Shown: one piece after another, positions 48,976-60,733 of the stretch | Layout: the number at the start of each line of letters is the position of its first letter | How positions within the stretch are numbered: the first letter of the stretch is position 1 | NCBI RefSeq assembly: GCF_964213995.1 | Contig: NC_135804.1 | Span: forward strand, 43,524,001 to 43,588,000 | Direction: 5' to 3' | DNA: 64,000 nucleotides | Source: Mustelus asterias | Lineage: Eukaryota | Notes under the pieces: generated by a model | Databases searched by the model: none | The model's input: only the letters and a program-made list of their open reading frames with translations | What the model was told of the DNA's origin: nothing | Made by a program: the position numbers and the translations under genes

Positions 48976-49298
48976 GTGACATGGTGGCACAGTGGTTAGC
49001 TGCCTAACAGCTGCTGCCTAACAGCACCAGGACAGTCTGTGTGGAGTTTGCACATTCTCCCCACCTCTGGGTGGGTTTCCTCCGGGTGCTCCAGTTTCCT
49101 CCCATAGTCCAAACATATGTGAGTTAGGTGGATTGGCCATGCTAAATTGCCCCTTAGTGCCAGGGAGATTAGCAGGGTAAATTCGTATGATTACGGGGGT
49201 AGGGCCTGGATGGGATTGTTGTTGGTGCAGGCTCGATGGGCTGACTGGCCGCCTTCTGAACTGTAGGGATTCTATGATTCTATGATTCTATTCTATGA
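48976..49298 (+). mobile_element. HE1 SINE (B-box region deleted) inserted in a LINE 3' UTR remnant (~48915-49405)
   Basis: The flanks rejoin as GGGAAGGAAATCTGCAATCCTT|..ACATGTGACTCCA, as in 62220-62270; ATCCTT on both sides. Confidence 0.85.
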
Positions 49299-49656
49299 TC
49301 CTTAACTGATCCAACTTACATGTGACTCCAAACACACAGCAATGTGGTTGGCTCTTAAATGCCCTCAGAAATGGCCTAGCAAGCCACTCAGTTCAAGGGT
49401 AAATAGTTTACCCTTTTAAAAATCCTTTTGTTGTTCTCCGAATGTGAACAAATTAAATATCTTTAACTTCTGAATCAGGTACCCAAAGCTTGAGGAGAAT
49501 AACTGCAGAGCAAGTTGAGAGAAAAAGAGATTTACTGATCAAGCCCTGGATATACTTGTAGCCTCTGAAATATTAAAGGGTGAACTGATTTTCTGCAGCT
49601 TCCCATTGTTGCATAGGAAATACCACCTGTGGCAAAATGGCACTCAAGTTAATATA

Positions 49657-49792
49657 GGTCAGAATTTTCTGGCCACTCATGCCGGTGAGATTCTCTGTTC
49701 CCACTGCAGTGAATGGAGATTTGACTGAGTGCCAAATTCCCCGTCCTCGCTCACAGCGGCGGCGTGGCATGAACGGTTGGAAGATTCCAGCC
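49657..49792 (+). mobile_element. 136-bp MITE
   Basis: GGTCAGAATTTTC / GAAGATTCCAGCC; perfect ATA/ATA TSD. Confidence 0.85.
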
Positions 49793-50667
49793 ATAGTGTC
49801 AACTGTTCAAAAGGCCTTCTGAAGGTCTGAAATAAGTTGCATAACTTAAACAATAAAAATGACTAAATGTCATTATTTGACAGCATGAGATTAATAAAAT
49901 GAAGAGACCTGCTACTTATCACAATTATATGCCTAAAACATTGCATTGAAATTGAAAAATGTTAGAAACGATGTAGCTAGTAAGGTAATAGAAGGAAAAA
50001 TATCAGGGCTACACAACTTACATTATATATTTTACATGTCATAATGGGAAAGAGAATGTCATGCAGAAAGCAATTACCTTGCAGTTAATCAGCCTGTCTT
50101 TATCCTTCCCACTCTTGAGTTTAATTCAAAATTCTCACATAACAATTAGGTAAAACACAGAGCAGGTAGGCAGGTGGTTCACATCATAAAACAATGAGGG
50201 AGGGAGAATTAAAACGGCTTTGGATGATGCTAGCTGGGAAGATGTACTGAGTTATTGGTATCTGGTACCATTTATGATATGTTCAGGATCTTCCATTTAG
50301 CATTCACTTCTTAATTGTGTGCGCTAATTCCTGTAAGTTCTTCTTTCTTTTCATCTTATGTTTGTCGCACAATTATCTTGTTCTTCCATCACGTACTTCT
50401 GCCATGCCATTGGAGACCCATTTATTAAACTGAACTGCGATTCAGTGCAGATTGATGCAGACCTTTCGGCTGAACCTCCAAATGAGGTGGCTGTGTGGGT
50501 ATTTAGCGGTTCACCTTAGCAATGCCCCTCCCAGGTCATTGAGCTCACTGCCATTTTTGCTATGACCATCCAAAGTGGAGTGGAGAAGAGACTGTCCATC
50601 AACAGGATACTTTGAAGAATCACTTTTAACTCAGAAAATGTTAAAGCTATGGAGGCTGCAGAGTTTT

Positions 50668-50955
50668 TTGATTTGATTAGATTAGATTTATTATTGTCAT
50701 ATGTATTAGTATACAGTGAAAAGATTGTTTCTTGTGTGCTATACAAAGCATACTGTACATAGAGAAGGAAAGGAGAGGTTGCAGAATTTAGTATTACAGT
50801 CATAGCTAGGGTGTAGAGAAAGATCAACTCAGTGCGAGGTAGGTCCATCCAAAAATCTGATGGCAGCAGGGAAGAAGTTGTTCTTGAGTCAGTTGGTACG
50901 TGCCCTCAGACTTTTGTATCTTTTTCCTGACAGAAGGTGGAAGTGAGTATGTTCA
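50668..50955 (-). mobile_element. LINE 3' end (Rex1/Babar-like)
   Basis: (TTTGA/TTAGA)n tail; reverse complement encodes ..RTN.LKNNFFPAAIRFL. Confidence 0.65.
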
Positions 50956-51984
50956 TGTGACATATGTACATGATAAACATTGTAAAAAAAAGTGGTCAAT
51001 CTAACTGTTTAATGAGACATTGTAAAGTATGCTAAAAACTCAAAAATATTGCAAAAGATTATAAATTCTATGCCTTGTATAATAGCAGAGCGTTAAACTG
51101 AAATATAGTTGCTTACTTGTTGAGATTGAATTTTGGTCAAATAAAAAAGTACTATAATTCTAATTAAAGGCTTCAAGTGTTAACTGACATGATGGCCATT
51201 TTGTGGCTGGAAATAATATCCCATAATTGATATGTGCTTGCAAAATGTCTTGAACTGTTCAGCCTCTTTTATGTACAGTCACCAGAGGGCTCTTGTAACG
51301 GCAGGAGATAATTATAAATATTAATAATATTTAAGAGTTGCAGAGTAAAATAAATTGCCCTGGCATTGGCAGTACCTTGTGCAAACTGTCTCTGCATCAG
51401 AAATATTCTGGAGCCATTATTCACTTATGGCATCTCGGCAATCTGAAATTTTGGAGGCAATTAATCTTCAGGCTTTTAGGCTGCAGCAGAACCTGTGTGA
51501 TGTAAGGCAAGTGCTGACACTTTTATGTAAACATGAAGATTAGCGTATTTGTGCAGTGCTAAATGTTGCTTTGATCATTTGCTTCTCACAAGTACCAAGC
51601 ATGCCAGCACTTAGGTTTACTCTTCAGTTAACAAAGAACTCTAATCCTTTTCTTTAATTCATATCCATCTGCAATACAGAGCTGGATTCTTTTCCCTGTT
51701 TACCTGAATGCTTCATCTCCATCCCTCTCATTTATTTTTCTCTATCTGCCAATCCGTTTTTTTAACAGATTTGAGTTTGTTTCTTCCTGTTTTTACAATC
51801 TAGGTTCCCTGTCATATTAAAAGGGGAGGGTAATGCATTTAAGTTCTGTTTTATTTTAACTGATAAATAATAAAGTTATAAATTTACTCTGTTGTCACCA
51901 GTGTAATGGAACCCATGTGTAAGTGTTTTGTACCAGAAAATTTGATATCCTGTTTATATCCGGTTTGGTTAAAATAAAGACGTA

Positions 51985-52248
51985 GGGCGGGGTTTTATGG
52001 CCTCGCTCGTCCCAAAACTGTCAAATCCTGCCCAAGGTCAATGGACCTTTTCATGGTCCGCCCCTTGCCCGCTCCGATTGTCATGGCGGGGCGGGGCGGT
52101 AACATTCCGGCCATAGGGCGCGATCCTACCTGCTCCTGTCATGCTCCCGCTGCAGAAACATCGGAGAATTTGGCAGCCAGATAAATCTCCCTTCACTGCA
52201 GCGGCAAGGGAAACTCCTGCCGGCGTGAATGATGGTAAGATTCTGGCC
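51985..52248. mobile_element. Two different MITEs in tandem sharing a TSD
   Basis: GTA-[51985-52112]-ATA-[52116-52248]-ATA. Confidence 0.85.
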
Positions 52249-52324
52249 ATAGATCGGCATTTATGATCAACAATGAACAAACATCTGTTGCCGCCCATTA
52301 CACTTAAAATTGTCCACAGAGTTA

Positions 52325-53003
52325 GTGTGGAATTTTGCACTGCAACTTACAGGAAAGGAAGAGCTGAAACAATGTGATGCACTCTCTGGGGGATCTGGGA
52401 CCTGTGTGGGCAAGAGAGGCAACTGTGTATCTCCTTAACCAAACAGATCCATGAAAGTTTACTGAACCATGCAGAGTTTGAACCAGGAAATGTAAGGTGA
52501 AATAATTAGTTCATTGCTAAATTATATACAAAAAACAAAATGAAAGGCAGGGGAGAGAAAGATGGCAGTAAAAGACACATAGATTTAAAAAGTTATTTTA
52601 TTTTTCAAATCTTTGAAACATTTCCACCTATAATTAAAATCTGACAGAATGAGACTCCACACTTATACAAGTACGTCTTCAGGGCCAGAGAAGTTGCTTA
52701 GCTATATGTAAGACTCAACACACTGTTAAAATTTTACTTACATTTCAATGCACTCGCTTGAACTTTTTCAGGTATATTTAGTGTGTATCTAGCGGGTTAC
52801 TCAACTTCATGTCTTTGCATGTGTGTGAATGCCAGGTCACTCGGCAAGGCACCAGTGTGGTGAAGCTTGCCAAGGAGCTGTCTGGGCAGCAATTTCCTGA
52901 CTTTCACATTTAATGTGCACGTGCGGACATAGAAGTTTTTATCTGATTCCTTCCTTAATAATGGTGAGTGCTGTTTGCCTCACCGCTACTTCAAAAACTG
53001 GGC
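52325..53003 (-). repeat. Ancient unclassified repeat (partner of 30690-31260)
   Basis: GAATGAGACTCCACACTT and TTCAGGGCCAGAG match the 30690 copy in reverse. Confidence 0.55.
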
Positions 53004-55589
53004 TATATTCAGATATTCAGGGATGAGGTACGTTTTAAGAAAAATATATAAGGGATTAGACCAGCATGGAAAATAGTATTAACTTCTGCAGCCTTTGGCC
53101 TTTCTATGTTATCCTTTGTCACATATCTTGATTTAATTAAAAAACATTTACTGACCTGTCTTCATTTTCAAATACTTTAGTGACACATTTTAGGGTCACC
53201 CTTTGATATTAAAAAAATGTTTTAGAATGTCTACAGTTTACCATGCAAGCTGTGCTCCAACTTGTTAACAAACTGGTCCGAAAATATTTAACCAGAACAA
53301 CCGAATGACTTTGCTATTCTTATTTATGTTGAAGCACAGGATGAGGCTAGGTATGTGATATATGTTGGCAAAGGAGAGGTGCCTGTCATGCTAGTCCCAC
53401 TTCACAGTGGTGTGTGAAAGCAAGATCCCCATGGATTATTTTATAATTCCTGTCCTAGAGAGGGTGAAACAAACAATATTCTGTGGCAACGCTTGCTCCT
53501 TGTTTTGAAAATTGACAAAATTTGTACTGTACAAATTGTTAATTGGTATTCCTTTAAACTTTCCAAATGTGAAACAATTCTGGGCTGGTTTCCTGAGCTG
53601 CAGTGTGACTTGCTCTCTTCATGAGACAGTGAGTTTTTTTTTCTAATAATATTTTCACACCCTTCACATTTTGCATCTCCTTCCACGGAGCTTTTTACAC
53701 TCTCATGACATGCACAGCGTTATGATTTTCAGTTGGCACTGACCATCTATAAACCATCCGCATTGCCATTCTGTCTAGTTCTGTCTCTCCTTGTAACTCT
53801 GGAAGCATCGAGCATAGCACAGAAGCTTGTGAGTTTTCGCATTGATCTGTAATTTGCTTCCTCCCGCTCTGCCAGTAAACAGCAGTTACAAAACCAACAC
53901 ATGTATTTCAAATTACCAAAATAGTTTGACCCAACTGCAAATTTTGCTTATGTTGCCCATTTCCTGAAGATGAGGCCTTCTGTTCCTTGGAGAGCTCACT
54001 GATCCTTGGTGAGGTGATAAATGAAGGGTCTGTGTTTTACAAATCAAAAAAATATATATATTTTTTGTAACATTTTTAAATGATGGAAATGCTATCAATG
54101 TGTTTAGAAAGCTTTGTTTCCCCAACTATTTTCCTAGCCATTTGTGTATTTTACAATGTTCAGTCCTTGACCTATTTTCCTTCATGCATTTCTCCTTTTT
54201 TTTTCTCTCTTGGTTGTGTGAAAAGGAATAAATTGTCCTTCAAAACATGTCTTGAAACTGTTTGCTTGTTAATGGTTCCACAAACAATATTTATTGAGCT
54301 TGGTTTTATGCAGCATTGTAAAAGTGCTAGAACTATTCAAAGTGCAGTATAACTTTTCGTGATTGATAGAAAATGCCTCATTTAGGGTCTGTGTTATTCA
54401 TTAATTTAATTACAAACTCTTACCTATTCACCGCATGTTACTACAGCAACAAAAATAGATTTGCAAAACGCATAACGTTGTCAATTCCAAATGTTGGAAA
54501 TAAACAAACAACCCAATGTCATTTGGGAAAAAGTTATTGATCTTTTGTACGATTGGAAGCATGACAGATCTTGTTTTACTTCATTGAACATTCAGTAATG
54601 TCTTTGCTCTTCCAGAGTCTATCCGATTTAATCCATTCTGTCTTTCTGCAGAGGTATTCCACTTTGTTCATAAGAACATAACATAAGTCTGGTCCCTTGT
54701 GATTTCTTTCTGAAATTAAAAACCCAGACACTCGTCCAGATGTCTTAGGAGATAAGGGCGAGGCTAATTTGTGTGTCACAGAGGACCTGAGGAGTAGGAA
54801 TTCATGTATACATCATCACGTAGTTATTAGCCAGGGCCACTTCTAGCCCAACACAAACATCTTCTGTAGATCCTGATTCAGTCTTGGCAGTGTTAAGAAA
54901 ATACCCTCTAGCAATGTGTTGTATTACGCTGAAATAAAAGTAGACATGAATGGCAATAGAAACAGTAAAGTATTGTTTTCATTTTCAATGTCAGCCATAG
55001 AGCTAACTGGCCTTAAAGTAAAATCCATCCAAATGCTGATGTAAGTAGTTGCTTATACAAATGAGCTATTGAATATCAACAATCTTATTTGGTAATAAAG
55101 CACTGATGTTTAGCAATACCAACAGTGATGCAGTATGGGAAGGGAACGTCTATGGAACCGTTTATCTAGAAAGAACTGACAGCTGTATCTGATCAAAACT
55201 GAGAGCAGTGATTGATTTTGACAGAGAGAAATCACCTTCATTGCTAAGCAGCTTATTAGAAACTGAGTGCACCTCATATTCATGTGAATTTTAGAGCCCT
55301 GTTCTTTTCACATCAGCATTTGGTGCAATGTTTAATATTGTAACATAAAAGAATACAAGAGGAAACTAAATTAAAGTCGTGCCAGGGAAAGTGGCCCTAC
55401 TGTACAGAAGATACAGGTTTTTGGCAAACTACGTTGAAGCTGATTATACTGGAACATTGAAAACACACTCCGTTTAGCAGCTCTTTTAGGCTGATTCTGC
55501 CTTGCAGTTTTGCAATATGATTTTGCACCAAATCCAGAGGTAATCTGTGAGTTCAGAATGATTACAGGTCTCTCCCATTATCAATCCCG

Positions 55590-56140
55590 TAATCTAGTGC
55601 CCTCCCCCACGGTGGTGGGGGCATATTTAATCGGGTGAGAGGCGACATCACCTTCCCACCTCAGTCCCAATTAAGTTTATGCCCACCACCAATTGAGGCC
55701 CTTAGGTGGTTAATTAAGGCCCACCACCACAGGTATTACCTAGCAGCAGGTGGCTTGTCATGTGGCGAGCACCACAAGCCGACTTTGGCGTATTTGCTTG
55801 CAGACGCCTTGGTGGGTTGGGGGGGTGGGGTTTGGGGGGGAGGACGGTTCCTCATTCAAAGACAGTACCTGATCAAGGGATCCAGCATTTGGAAGGGAGG
55901 GCTGCTGAAATTCACCCGCCCCAACTGTCCTTGCTGTGAACCATCCTCACCCACCATCCCCCATGACACCTTCACCCCACGGCCCTCATACAGCTCCATC
56001 ATTCACTTGTTCCTGGGTCTCTCCTCGATTTGAGATCTCAGTCGATGTAGTACTGGCAGCAGCCTCTGCCTCCCTCATGGCGCTGCTGAGCATAAAATAG
56101 CTGCCGGGCTCTAATTGGTCAGAAGTTCTCAGCGGTCAGG
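55590..56140. mobile_element. Old GC-rich TIR-element remnant
   Basis: CCCAATTAAG..GAGGCCCTTAGGTGGTTAATT motifs shared with other remnants in the window. Confidence 0.4.
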
Positions 56141-56184
56141 GCCCTTATGAAAAGAATTGAGCATAAACATAAGAATCTTATGCT

Positions 56185-56760
56185 TCCGTCATACAGGGCA
56201 CTGGTGAGACAGCATCTCAAATACTGTGTGCAATTTTGATCTCCTTATTTAAGAAAGGATGTTAATGCATCGGAGGCAGTTCAGAGGAAGTTGGCTAGAT
56301 TGATATCTGGAATGAATGAGTTCTCTTATGAGGATAGGTTGGAATGACTGAGCTCATTTCCAATGGTGTATAGAAGAGTGAGGGGTGACTTGATTGAAGT
56401 ATATAAGATCCTGAATGGGATTGAAAAGGTGGATGCTGAAAGGGTGTTTCCTCCTGTGGGTGAGTCCAGAACTAGGACACAGTGTTTTAAAATTAGGGAT
56501 TGCTCTTTTAGGATAGCGATGAGGAGCATGTTTTTCTCTCAGAGGGTTGTGTGACTTTGGAACTCCGCCTCATAGAGCTGTGGAAGCAGGATCATTGAAT
56601 ATTTCTTAATGCGGAACTAGATAGATTCTTGTTGGGCAAGGGATTCAAAGGGTAGATGGGGAATGTGGAATTCAACACATATAGATCAGCTATGATCTTG
56701 TTGAATGGTGGAGCAGGCTCGAGGGGCCGAATGGCCTACTTCTGCTCCTATTTTGTATAT
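56185..56760 (+). mobile_element. Old CR1 LINE 3' fragment
   Basis: RRVRGDLIEVYKILNG..GESRTR..FFSQRVV; 3' UTR GGGGCCGAATGGCCTACTTCTGCTCCT. Confidence 0.9.
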
Positions 56761-56861
56761 ACGTAGTGCGGGGCTTTCGCTAGCTCACCAACTGGCAACC
56801 AAGAACACAATCATCTTCACAAGATTCTGCACACAATAGCTATGATCGAGCCACTTTATAT

Positions 56862-57032
56862 AATCATAGAGCAATACAGCACGGAATCAGGCCCTTCGGC
56901 CCAACCAGTCCATGCTGACCATGGTGCCCTCCCAGCCAGTCCCAATTGCCTGTGTTTGGCCCAATACCCTCTAATCCTTTCCCATCCATGTACTTATGCA
57001 AATGCTTTTTAAATGTTGCTATTGTACCTGTC
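56862..57032 (-). mobile_element. CR1 3' end
   Basis: ACAGCACGGAATCAGGCCCTTCGGCCCAAC...; similar to the 48579 copy. Confidence 0.8.
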
Positions 57033-57625
57033 TCTTTGTACCACTTTGGGGAGCATTGTGGTGGAACTTCTATTTCAAAGTAAGAGAGTTTGTCAAAATA
57101 ACTTTCACTTAAAACTTTGACAGTTCTTCCAACCGGAAGGCCATTTACTACACTTTCTACTGATTTATAGGCCCAGAACTATAGTACATATAGTTGTGGA
57201 ATGACTCAGCTCCAGCTGTGACCATTGGAGTGGATTCTTTCGCAATGAAAAGGAGTTTGCTATTTTAGTCACTCCACGGCAGCACATCTTTAGCAAGAAT
57301 TTCACACTGAAATATTATTATAGGGATTAAAAGTTCAGTCTGCCAGAACAACACAGATGTATTATGGCCTCTGAGCTGACATTAATGGAGTGTTTGTGCC
57401 AGCCATTGGCAATGAGTTAATTTTCCCCTTTCTGCCAGAAGTTCAGGTAGGTAGTGAGCATGCAAAGGGGCCTAGTCCTCCAGGGAAGCATGTGGTGAGA
57501 CTTAAATCTTGTAAAGCAATTTGCTGGCAGTAAAAGCATTGACTGTACCTCCACACAAAATGAAACTTGCAGAATAAAGATGGACTTGGTCTTTTCTCCC
57601 GGGCGATGTAAGCGTCCAAAAAGAA

Positions 57626-58002
57626 GTGGAGTTTGCACGTTTTCCCCATGTCTGCGTGGGTTTCCTCCGGGTGCTCCGGTTTCCTCCCACGGTCCAAAGA
57701 TGTGAGGGTTAGGTTGATTGGCCATGCTAAATTGACCCTAGTGTCAAGGGGATCCCTACAATGCAGAAGGAGGCCACTTGGCCCATCAAGTCTGCACCAA
57801 CCACGATCCCACCCAGATCCTATCCCCGTAACCCCATTTACCCTGCTAGTCCCCCTGATACTAAGGGCAATTTTAGCATGGCCGATCAGCCTAAGGCAGG
57901 GTAAATGTGTGGAGTTACGGGAATAGGGCCTGAGTGGGATCGTGGTCGGTGCAGACTCGATGGGCCAAATGTAGGGATTCTACATTGTAGGGATTCTATG
58001 AT
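57626..58002 (+). mobile_element. 5'-truncated HE1 SINE with an internal inverted tail segment
   Basis: Orientation is + at 57626-57750, - at 57751-57894, + at 57895-58002. Confidence 0.88.
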
Positions 58003-58670
58003 TTGAATCTTAGAGACCAGACAATAGAAGAGGGGGAGTAAACATTATTGTTTGAAAGTGCTTATCTGGCCAAGATCCTCCCACTGGACTTCCACAGAAA
58101 AGACAGTCAACCTGAACTACCACTCAGCTCCGACTTAACTGAAAACAAAAATGGCAGCTAGCTCAGTGAAGAGAAGTTTCACTTTGGATTATTGATGGAG
58201 ACAGAATCCATTCGGCCTGTGCTGCAACTAGTGACTTCGTATGATTCAGACGGGCCTGTCCATAATCCGAATCTTTAAAAAGTATTTGTATTGACAAGAA
58301 TGAGTACAGCAGGCAGGGAAAGAGGCATCAGTTTTTGTTTAGGATAACGGATACCTGGGAATAATTACATGAAAGTACTGTCATGGAGCACTCAGGGGTT
58401 GCCAAAATCTGCAAAAGAAAACAAATCTTGAATCATTTAAAACTATTGTCAGAGGATAAGAAAGTTATTGTAATTTGTGCAAAATCAGATATGGAAATGA
58501 TCTGCAATCATATTTTTTTCACTAAAGAAAACTTTTCCTGCCGGCTCTGTCTTTCAAGAGAAGAATTGAAGTTAATTTGTTGCTATGTGGGCTATTGCTG
58601 GTTTTCTAAATGAACAATCATTGCCCCTCTGTGCTGGAGTTTATCTAGTATTGGGCAGCTCTGACTGTTG

Positions 58671-59506
58671 GGGGGGCAATTTTGAGCCCGTCTTAGCCAT
58701 CAGCATAAATGGTGATGTGGGCCCAAACTCCTGCCAGATTCTTGCCAGTGAGATCTAATTTCCTGATTTTCCTCGTCCCTTGCTGGCAAAGTAACGAGTT
58801 TCCTGCCCAGAAAGGGCGTGAACCTCATTTCAGCACTTTTAATAAATTTGAATATCCTTAAAGGGCTACCCAGCCACATGATCCCCCAGCCCCCCCCCCC
58901 CCCCCCCCCCCCGACCCCTGCTGAATATTCATACCTCGCTGATGTGTGTACAATAGCTATTTAAAACGGAATCAATGAGGGTAACCCGCTGGGGGTGCCA
59001 AGGTAAGTGTAGCCTGTGAGGGGAGAGGAATGCGCTCAGGCGATGCTCTCTGGAACTGGGAGTGGGGGGCGGTGGGGGGGGGGGGGGGGGGGAGTGTCCC
59101 TAAAATTTCTGTGGTGATAGTGGCTTGGGGGGAGGGTGTTCCTAATATGTCCATGATGGTGGTGGAGGGGGTACCTCCCGATGTGGTAGTGGGTTGGTGG
59201 GGGTCGCTCCGATGCTTGAGGTGGGGTGGTCCTCCTTGTCCATGGGGGGGATTGTGCGGGGAGTTTATTTGAAGCACAGATCGGAGCACCATTTAAAGAT
59301 GGTGCCCCCACCCCGTCCTGCCCCACCCCACCCCACCCCGCCCCACCCCACCCCGCCAGAGTGATGGCAAAAACCACGTCTTCAGATTCACTGTGCACTG
59401 AATGCCGCAAAACTTGGTCTGAAAACTCAGTTGTGCAACTAGAGAGAGACATGTTGGTTTTCAGTCAGAAACCGAAACTCTGATAAATTTTGGTAAAATT
59501 CCACCC
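58671..59506 (-). mobile_element. ~835-bp non-autonomous TIR element
   Basis: GGGGGGCAATTTT / AAAATTCCACCC ends; TTG/TTG TSD; internal poly-C and poly-G tracts. Confidence 0.75.
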
Positions 59507-60380
59507 TTGGTCTCACAGTGAAACTTGCAAGGAGAACTGCTTTTGCTGGGATATTTTGTTTAACACCAACCCCAGTCTCATCTAATCATGCTGCATTTAC
59601 CACCAGCACATGACTGCTGGTCCCAACACTGCTGGGCCCTGCACTTGAGTTTATTTTAAACAGGCCAATAATGACCTGTGGCAAAATGACTGGTTCAGAT
59701 TACTGTGATCTAAACTTCTCCAGAAACTGTTTATTTTAGACTAATTCAGGTTAAACTGGTGTAAGTGCTAATGTTTACAGGGCTCAGGCTGATTCATTGA
59801 CTGCTTAAACTTGACTGCTTAAGGAAACAATCGGAATCAGTTCCTGGGAAAGCAAACCTGAACACTTTGAACTGGAGACTTTCAAAGAGCACATAAACAG
59901 ATACAAGTTTTAACTGGCCTATAAATGAATCTGCTTTACTTGAGTGGCTGAAACTAATCCAGATGTACACAGAATCCTGTGGAAACTTCCTTCACTGGTG
60001 CCCATTCCTTTGATTACATAAAAAGAAAGTTAGGTACCAAAGACTAAAATAACATTTACGCTTCAACAGCATTGGCTGTTTTAAACAGATGCTAATGCAA
60101 ACAATTCCTTTTCCATAGAAAATATTGTGAAGAACTTGATTCAGTAGCAAAATACAGCACCGCACAGAGGGTAATGCACAAAACTAGAATTGTAAGTCTC
60201 CATTGTATTTTGTTTACCTATGTTTCACCATTCTGTCTTGATGGCAAGTGACGCAAATAGCTTTATAGTCACTGGTGGAAATGCAAATACAGCTCAAATG
60301 GCTGTTCGTCATGTATTTAGGCACTCATTAGGTATGCGTAGCATATTTGACTGAAAATATTACACGCACGCAGACATTAT

Positions 60381-60498
60381 GGCCGGAATTTTACCAGCAT
60401 GATTCTGGGGCCGGGCGAGGCTTGGAGAACGGCATTCTCCGTTGGCCTCAGGTGGGATCGTACGAACCTCGGGCGGACGTGCTGGTAAAATTCCACCC
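60381..60498 (-). mobile_element. 118-bp MITE
   Basis: GGCCGGAATTTTACCAGCA / TGCTGGTAAAATTCCACCC; perfect TAT/TAT TSD. Confidence 0.88.
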
Positions 60499-60733
60499 TA
60501 TATTGCCACTGACTGTGATTAAGTAAATCAGCCCAGGACTTCCTACAGCAGGGTTAGAAAGTCTATCTATCACCCAACACATTTACCTTGGGAGAAACAT
60601 GTTTCCATATCAACAAAATTGATCTTCGCACAGGATTTAATATTGGTCCTTATTAAATTTATGTTTTGTGATTTTTGTTTGGTTCAATGTTAGTTTTGGG
60701 GAATGGAATAATTTCACTTTTTATCATTCACTC

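Noticed and set aside
58890-59092. Poly-C/poly-G tracts (also 24297-24343, 25304-25332) as functional G-quadruplex elements
   Set aside because: Mostly inside decayed TE interiors, and homopolymer lengths are error-prone; nothing supports function.
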